Source of the DNA: an uncultured archaeon
GTDB taxonomy: Archaea > Asgardarchaeota > Lokiarchaeia > Sigyniarchaeales > SOKP01
Length of the DNA stretch: 35,175 nucleotides
Reading direction: 5' to 3'
NCBI GenBank assembly: GCA_964632315.1
Contig: CAZWEM010000050.1
Coordinates: forward strand, 1-35,175
The notes beneath the pieces are model-generated. The model searched no databases and was not told the DNA's origin. It saw only the letters and a list, made by a program, of their open reading frames with translations. A program made the translations under genes and the position numbers. Shown here one piece after another: positions 29,896-35,175 of the stretch (its first letter is position 1; every line of letters starts with the position of its first letter).

Positions 29896-30783
29896 TTACA
29901 TTAACTCGAGGATATCCTTATATCCAATTATCTTGAGATCATTTTCCTTGACACATTCTTTGATGCGTGAGTCAGTGAATGCTTCGTAATCTAAATTTCT
30001 CCACTTGGCAGAATCAGGAGTGATAGCTTGTAATTCTGGGGTCATTTTCGCAGCATGAAATAAGAAATGGGTTACACCAGGTTGGATTTCTGAAAACTTT
30101 TTACAATAGTATTCTACTTTATCCTCAGCATCACCCAATGTATCTATTATCGCGTGATCCAGTAATGGCACTCCACTTTCTTCAATTTTATCGAACATTT
30201 TCTCATAAATTGCAAATTGATCCCCCATTCCCATCTCTATTAATTCTTCTTTAGAAACACGAGGTAAAAATGGAACGACTTTAAACTCTTTAGCGAGCTT
30301 TAAGTAAGTTGGAATGAATTTTGTATGCATGACCGTTCCCATGTGGCTGTCTATATGTGTTACATTAACACCCGCATCCAATGCGGTTTGAATTTGAGCT
30401 CGCATTTCGGCTTCAGCAGCTTTCACGTTCACTTTTGCTATTGCTTCTTCAGCAGTTCTCCATAGAGAACGTTCAGAATCTAACAATCCCGTGCTGGGAT
30501 CAACGCTACTTAATGCTCTCCATCGATAAAGATCATATTCGCAAGTGAGAGTTAAATGAACTCCAATATCATATTTTAGATTTTTGCGATAGATTTCTGC
30601 TGCCTCTAAGAACCAGGGTGCAGGAACGATGAGTGAGCCACAGCTAGCTACTCCAAAATCCAAGCATTCAAAAGCTGCAAGGTTCGATGAGTGAGAAAAT
30701 CCCATATCATCTATGTGAAAAATTACGACCTTGTCCTTATCAGCTTCATAACCAAGTTTTTCAATAAGAGGTTTTACAGTCAT
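29896..30783 (-). CDS. ChbG/YdjC/HpnK-family carbohydrate deacetylase
   Basis: HIDDMG, DIGVHLTL, THIDSHMG and FLFHA. Confidence 0.88.
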   Translation of the reverse strand: MTVKPLIEKLGYEADKDKVVIFHIDDMGFSHSSNLAAFECLDFGVASCGSLIVPAPWFLEAAEIYRKNLKYDIGVHLTLTCEYDLYRWRALSSVDPSTGLLDSERSLWRTAEEAIAKVNVKAAEAEMRAQIQTALDAGVNVTHIDSHMGTVMHTKFIPTYLKLAKEFKVVPFLPRVSKEELIEMGMGDQFAIYEKMFDKIEESGVPLLDHAIIDTLGDAEDKVEYYCKKFSEIQPGVTHFLFHAAKMTPELQAITPDSAKWRNLDYEAFTDSRIKECVKENDLKIIGYKDILELM

Positions 30784-30805
30784 AATCTATTATAATATGC
30801 AATTT

Positions 30806-32131
30806 TTATTTGAAGTTTGGCAAGTATTGTTTTTGAAGTTCATACATTTCATCAAATATGGCCTCTGCTATTTCAAAACTTCCACAATTAACATCTGTAG
30901 CTAAACATGCAATAGCTAATTCTTTTGATTCCTTAACAATTGCTTCCACGCATAGATCTTGAATTGAAGCTTCAATTCTCAAGATAGCTGCAATATTTTT
31001 TGGAATTTTTCCAAGCTTTAATCCGATTATTCCGTCCTTGTTTACCGTTCCAGAACATTCAATGACGAGATCTTGGGGAAGATTCTCGATTATCCCATCG
31101 TTAGGAATATTGACTGCCATTTCATATGAATTCGAGTCTTCTACTATTGCTTCAATAATGGGAATGGCTCTTTCACCAGATGGATCCCTTGTAAACATGC
31201 CTTTTTTTGGATAAGTTCCTCTTTTTAATCGCTTATAATATCGTTTTAACCTAGAATTGATTCCCAAATTACCTTGATGCATTCTGGTAATCCAATCGGT
31301 AAGATCTTGTGCAGTAGTATATTGGGATCCGATTTGGAGGTATTCGCAAATATGATTATCTCCAACGTATGGAAACCATCCAAATCGCTTATAGATTTCA
31401 AACGTGAGGGCCGCATAATGAAACCGGTGCCACTTGTCCTTAAAATAGTCCATGCATTTTTGATCAAATTCAGGTAATAAGTCTTTTCCAGTTTCCACGT
31501 CTTTTAATCCAAGTAAAAAAGCAAAATGATTTAAACCAGCAGTAATTAGCTGCATCTCTTCTAATTCTCTATTCATCATTCTAGGGAGGTGCTCTCTGGT
31601 AAGTAATTCTATCTGATGGCATAACCCAAACATTTTCAACTCTGGAAGCTCCCGCTTAAGAGCTAAGCAGATTCGAGACATTGGATTTGAATAATTAATG
31701 AAAAAAGCATCGGGACATATTCTCATAACATCTTTAGCAATCTTTAAAATCTCAGGTATTTGGCGAGCACTATGAAAGAATCCCCCTGGACCACCATTTT
31801 CAGCCATTCGTTCTGTAGACCCGTGCTTTTTAGGAATAGTATTATCTTGCCATCGTAATTCAAAGCGGTCTCCATGCTCGATTGAATTTATAATAAAATT
31901 AGCATCTTTAAGTGCTTCAATTCGATCAGTGGTTTTGATAATGTTAAATTTATTTCCGAGAGTTTTATTATCGTAAGAGACAACTTCATAAACTCTATCT
32001 AATTTTTCCTCATCAATATCGACTAAAACAATGGTTGAACCGGCTAGGATCTCACTTTGGTTAAGATCAATCATCGTCGCCGGTGTAAATGCAGCACTTC
32101 CAGCTCCAATCAATACTATTTTCTTATCCAT
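30806..32131 (-). CDS. GH4 NAD+-dependent glycosidase, copy 2
   Basis: GAGS, GPGG, NYSNP, GLCH and GLNH. Start set at ATG 32131 (MDKKIVLIGAGS) by alignment to copy 1 (MEKKIVLVGAGS). Confidence 0.92.
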   Translation of the reverse strand: MDKKIVLIGAGSAAFTPATMIDLNQSEILAGSTIVLVDIDEEKLDRVYEVVSYDNKTLGNKFNIIKTTDRIEALKDANFIINSIEHGDRFELRWQDNTIPKKHGSTERMAENGGPGGFFHSARQIPEILKIAKDVMRICPDAFFINYSNPMSRICLALKRELPELKMFGLCHQIELLTREHLPRMMNRELEEMQLITAGLNHFAFLLGLKDVETGKDLLPEFDQKCMDYFKDKWHRFHYAALTFEIYKRFGWFPYVGDNHICEYLQIGSQYTTAQDLTDWITRMHQGNLGINSRLKRYYKRLKRGTYPKKGMFTRDPSGERAIPIIEAIVEDSNSYEMAVNIPNDGIIENLPQDLVIECSGTVNKDGIIGLKLGKIPKNIAAILRIEASIQDLCVEAIVKESKELAIACLATDVNCGSFEIAEAIFDEMYELQKQYLPNFK

Positions 32132-32234
32132 GAGATAAAGAATCACACTTCTCACTAAAGCCTTTCGGAATAATTGAAGAAATATTGAAGAAAGAATGAT
32201 TAAAACAAATATTTAGACATAATGAGTCATTTTT

Positions 32235-32277
32235 TCATATATTTTCTGAAAAAAATTAAATATTCGGAAATATATGA
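32235..32277 (+). promoter_or_regulatory. Inverted-repeat operator flanking the TATA box of the AbrB/PIN operon
   Basis: TCATATATTTTCTGAA (32235-32250) and TTCGGAAATATATGA (32263-32277) are imperfect reverse complements enclosing AAAAATTAAATA; ATG at 32285. Confidence 0.6.
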
Positions 32278-32284
32278 GTTAATT

Positions 32285-32545
32285 ATGACAATTCAAGATA
32301 AAACGACTGTTGGAAAAAAGGGAGAAATCTTACCTAAAAAACCATTAAGAGACCTCGCTGGTATTAAACCAGGGGATGAGGTTTTGATTGAAGCTTTTAA
32401 AGGAGAACTAATTATAAAAAAAATATATTCAATCGAAGAAGCCTTGAACATGCCAGCTATAGCAACTGGGACGCCCTCGAGCATTGAAAAGGAAATTGAA
32501 GAGCAGAATGAGATGCAGGAGAAAATGACTAATGCAGAACATTAA
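32285..32545 (+). CDS. AbrB/MazE/SpoVT-family DNA-binding antitoxin (VapB-like)
   Basis: MTIQDKTTVGKKGEILPKKPLRDLAGIKPGDEV swapped-hairpin pattern. Start moved to ATG 32285 because the upstream in-frame stretch is promoter DNA. Confidence 0.85.
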   Translation: MTIQDKTTVGKKGEILPKKPLRDLAGIKPGDEVLIEAFKGELIIKKIYSIEEALNMPAIATGTPSSIEKEIEEQNEMQEKMTNAEH

Positions 32546-33032
32546 ATCACTTATTCTTGATACGACTTTTATTCTCCCACTCTTCGGAATAAAGATAGAT
32601 TTAGATAAGGATTTTGAAAATGATCTTAAGCAAGTTTGGATGAATAATGTAAAAGGATATAATGTTTTTTTGCCATCGATATGCTTAATAGAGACCATGT
32701 ATAAGTTATTAAATGAATATAAGAAAGTACATGATTTTGAGATTTTAGATAGATATCAGAAGATTCTTCCAACAGTAATCAATTCTCCGATAAATATCTT
32801 TAATTGTGAACTTAATCCTAAAGCAAGCATGATTGCTTCAATCATCCAACATTCGGGACATCCTGATATTATGGACTGCTGGATCTCAGGGACTGCTTTA
32901 GCTTTAAATGGTGTGTTACTTAGTGAAGATCTCGATCTTAAGAAAAAGCTTAAAGATATTCCGGAAACGAAAGATATTTTAGTATCTTCATGGTTAGAAT
33001 TTAAAGCACATTTTTCTTCAACAAAAAAATAA
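32532..33032 (+). CDS. PIN-domain protein (VapC-like toxin)
   Basis: LILDTT, LIE, DIMD and LSED acidic PIN residues; overlaps the antitoxin gene by 14 nt. Confidence 0.85.
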   Translation: MQNIKSLILDTTFILPLFGIKIDLDKDFENDLKQVWMNNVKGYNVFLPSICLIETMYKLLNEYKKVHDFEILDRYQKILPTVINSPINIFNCELNPKASMIASIIQHSGHPDIMDCWISGTALALNGVLLSEDLDLKKKLKDIPETKDILVSSWLEFKAHFSSTKK

Positions 33033-33158
33033 ATTTTGGTATATTCATTCTTCTCATATGAAAATTTATTTTAATTCAACCCTGATATCCATCTTAAGGT
33101 ATTAGGAAATATTGAAGAATTGTTAAATATGTAGGATCATAATTGAAGGTGAATCAAG

Positions 33159-33494
33159 ATTCCAAGTGAATTGACGTTAAATATTATTAAAATTATTCAA
33201 AACATACCTAAAGGGAAAGTACTCACCTACGGAAGAATTGCTAAGTTAGCTGGGAATCCGAGAGCAGCTAGACAAGTCGCTTGGACATTGAATTCTTCAA
33301 CTGAAAAATATGCTCTACCTTGGTATCGGGTAATAAACTCGCAAGGGTTAATTGCTCTTAATTCAGAAGAAGGAAGAAACCAGCAAAAATTTTTGCTAAT
33401 GAAAGAGGGTATCGAATTCGTTGGTGAATTTGAGATCGATTTAAGTAAATATCTCTGGAAGATCAATTCGATAGAAGAAATAGGGAATGAATAA
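33159..33494 (+). CDS. Alkyltransferase-like (ATL/YbaZ) O6-alkylguanine-binding protein; start ATT 33159 or TTG 33171
   Basis: IPKGKVLTYGRIA...ARQV...LPWYRVINSQG...Q..LL..EG; Trp replaces the catalytic Cys of PCHRV. Confidence 0.88.
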   Translation: MPSELTLNIIKIIQNIPKGKVLTYGRIAKLAGNPRAARQVAWTLNSSTEKYALPWYRVINSQGLIALNSEEGRNQQKFLLMKEGIEFVGEFEIDLSKYLWKINSIEEIGNE

Positions 33495-33548
33495 AAACGA
33501 CTTGAGAACACGATCATTTTTATTTAAAACCACCTTTTCCTAATCATT

Positions 33549-33968
33549 ATGCGATTTTTATCATTCCATTGTGATTATTTCAGTTATACGACTACAAAAA
33601 AAAGCAGATCCAAAATAATTGAGGAACTCTCTGAAGAGAATAAGGAAGGACGACTTGAAGATGTCGTGCTCTTACTCATCAGTATAGAAAAACAAGATGA
33701 AGAGGATGAAGATTTCCTTCATAAAGCTGTCGCTGAAATAGAGAAAATAACTTCCCAGCTGAAGGTACAAAACCTCGTGCTTTTATCTTTTGCTCACCTA
33801 TTCGGAGAATTAAGTTCACCAAAATTCGGTTTTCAGAGTCTCATAGATCTAGAAAACCTTCTTAAGCATAAATACACCATTTTAAGGCCTCCTTTCGGCT
33901 GGTTTAATGAGCTTGAACTCAAAGCTAAGGGACATCCTCTATCGAGGATCTCACGAAGGACAAACTAA
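33549..33968 (+). CDS. Stand-alone archaeal threonyl-tRNA synthetase editing domain (DTD-like fold)
   Basis: MRFLSFHCDY, SIEKQDE, FAHL, PFGW and KGHPLS; ends after 139 aa with no catalytic or anticodon-binding domain. Confidence 0.88.
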   Translation: MRFLSFHCDYFSYTTTKKSRSKIIEELSEENKEGRLEDVVLLLISIEKQDEEDEDFLHKAVAEIEKITSQLKVQNLVLLSFAHLFGELSSPKFGFQSLIDLENLLKHKYTILRPPFGWFNELELKAKGHPLSRISRRTN

Positions 33969-34039
33969 GCACTACTATATCTCTATTATTTATAAAAAAT
34001 ATAAAAAAGATTATTAAAATAAGGTTCTTTTATGAAAGT

Positions 34040-34735
34040 ATGAGAAAAGATGAATTGATTAAACCAACCATCTCATCGCTTGTGAAGGAAAAGCAGTTAA
34101 ATAATGGTCAAACTTCCAAAAATGGCTCTCAAACGTTCAAAACGGGAACAACTACGGTTGGATTAACATGCAAGGATGCCGTAATATTAGGTACGGACAA
34201 GCGTGCTACTATGGCTTATTTTGTTGCAAGTAAAACCTCCGAAAAATTACATAAGATTCAAGATCATTTGTGGATGACGATTGCAGGGGGCGTTGCAGAC
34301 GCAATGTACTTGGTTGACGTGTTAAGAGCTGAAACCACCTTATATCAATTACAGCGAGAAAAGAAAATAAAAATAAAAAGCGCTGGAAAAATCCTTTCCA
34401 ACATTCTCTATCAGAATAAAATGACTCCTTATGAGGTTGGACTCATTCTTGGCGGAGTCACCGAGGAAGAAGGACCCGTTTTACTAGATATTGGGGCTTA
34501 TGGATCAATTTTACCCGAGAAATTCTGTTCCGTGGGAAGTGGACAGAACTTTTCTTATGGCGTGTTAGAGGCAAAATATAAGGAAGGTTTAACGATAAAA
34601 CAAGGTATGGATATCGTTCAAAAGGCCATTACATCTTCCATAATCAGAGATATGGCGTCCGGCAATGGAATTGATCTGGTTGCCATCACGAAGGATGGTC
34701 CAGCAGAGAGGAAATTCATCCCAATAAAAGAATAA
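34040..34735 (+). CDS. psmB: Proteasome subunit beta (with propeptide)
   Basis: KTG|TTTVG autocleavage site, DKRAT, AGGVAD, SVGSG and RDMASG. Confidence 0.96.
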   Translation: MRKDELIKPTISSLVKEKQLNNGQTSKNGSQTFKTGTTTVGLTCKDAVILGTDKRATMAYFVASKTSEKLHKIQDHLWMTIAGGVADAMYLVDVLRAETTLYQLQREKKIKIKSAGKILSNILYQNKMTPYEVGLILGGVTEEEGPVLLDIGAYGSILPEKFCSVGSGQNFSYGVLEAKYKEGLTIKQGMDIVQKAITSSIIRDMASGNGIDLVAITKDGPAERKFIPIKE

Positions 34736-34916
34736 CTCTCTTTTTATCTGAAATTTTATCAATAATTTAGTTTTTGCACCTTAGATTCATATTTGGTTTA
34801 AATTTCATATAACTCATTTTTTTTAGGATGTGAGCCTTTTAAAATCCTAATTAGCAGTATAATATTAGAAAAAAATGAAGATAAAAGTTCCAAGTTAGAG
34901 AATTTTTTGGAGAGGG

Positions 34917-35175
34917 GTGATACCATCACAAGAAACCATAGAATTTAATTGTCCGGGAAATGGTACGAAAGCGGATCCTTACCTTGTCACCCCTGAAACT
35001 CATCCTCCAAAGATTTTCAGAATATACGAGTTAAAAAAACATGTTTTAATTAAAGATGTCAAGATTGGCGGATTGATGTTAGTTAAATGTGAAAATTTTT
35101 CTCTTAGTGATTCAGAGTTTGGTGCTATTGGTCTACTAAGTTCTAAAGATTGTGTGGTTGAAGATTGTCAACTTA
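34917..35175 (+). CDS. 5' part of a probable parallel beta-helix (NosD/pectin-lyase-like) protein, partial
   Basis: Manual translation from GTG 34917: MIPSQETIEFNCPGNGTKADPYLVTPETHPPKIFRIYELKKHVLIKDVKIGGLMLVKCENFSLSDSEFGAIGLLSSKDCVVEDCQL, open to the window end. GxGTxxDPY motif followed by beta-helix-like periodicity. Confidence 0.6.
   Translation, partial: MIPSQETIEFNCPGNGTKADPYLVTPETHPPKIFRIYELKKHVLIKDVKIGGLMLVKCENFSLSDSEFGAIGLLSSKDCVVEDCQL

Noticed and set aside
32222-32284. N-terminal extension of the AbrB ORF
   Set aside because: It overlaps the TATA/operator region, and the AbrB fold begins at ATG 32285.
7979-33517. About 30 short ORFs in the track (e.g. 9581-9922, 10157-10543, 17442-17861, 28703-28984, 33227-33517)
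   Set aside because: They lie antisense to, or out of frame within, well-supported genes and show no motifs; treated as shadow ORFs.
1-35175. CRISPR array, tRNA/rRNA, IS element or integrase
   Set aside because: No periodic repeats, no GC-rich structured-RNA-like segment and no transposase or recombinase ORF; all intergenic gaps are under ~200 bp. This is by-eye only, and a covariance-model scan was not run.

Overview
AT-rich (roughly one-third GC by eye) archaeal chromosomal segment. The proteasome beta subunit, archaeal-type ThrRS editing domain, two geranylgeranyl-reductase-family genes, TATA/BRE-like promoters and GGTGA/GGAGA Shine-Dalgarno (SD) sites indicate an archaeon. The gene repertoire is suggestive of Asgard/Lokiarchaeia, but that is inference only. 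The core (~6.3-32.1 kb) is a ~26 kb carbohydrate-utilisation island. It encodes a GH29 fucosidase, two tandem amidases, L-fucose isomerase, a class II aldolase directly behind a tungsten-type aldehyde:ferredoxin oxidoreductase (AOR), two GH4, a GH78 rhamnosidase, a carboxylesterase, a GPH-type MFS importer, L-rhamnose isomerase, GH32, GH2, a nucleoside hydrolase, a GH109-like oxidoreductase and a ChbG/YdjC deacetylase. No sugar kinase or transcription factor is recognisable in it. To the right lie an AbrB/PIN toxin-antitoxin pair, an ATL DNA-repair protein, a stand-alone ThrRS editing domain with altered pocket residues, and psmB. The most notable candidates are: (i) a bacterial-type fucose/rhamnose isomerase-aldolase route coupled to AOR; (ii) several genes whose best start is a near-cognate codon (ACG, ATA, ATT) exactly 6 nt after a (G/A)GTGA SD; (iii) a CPBP protease split at an in-phase U-UUU-UUA -1 slippery heptamer. 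No tRNA, rRNA, CRISPR array or transposase was seen.
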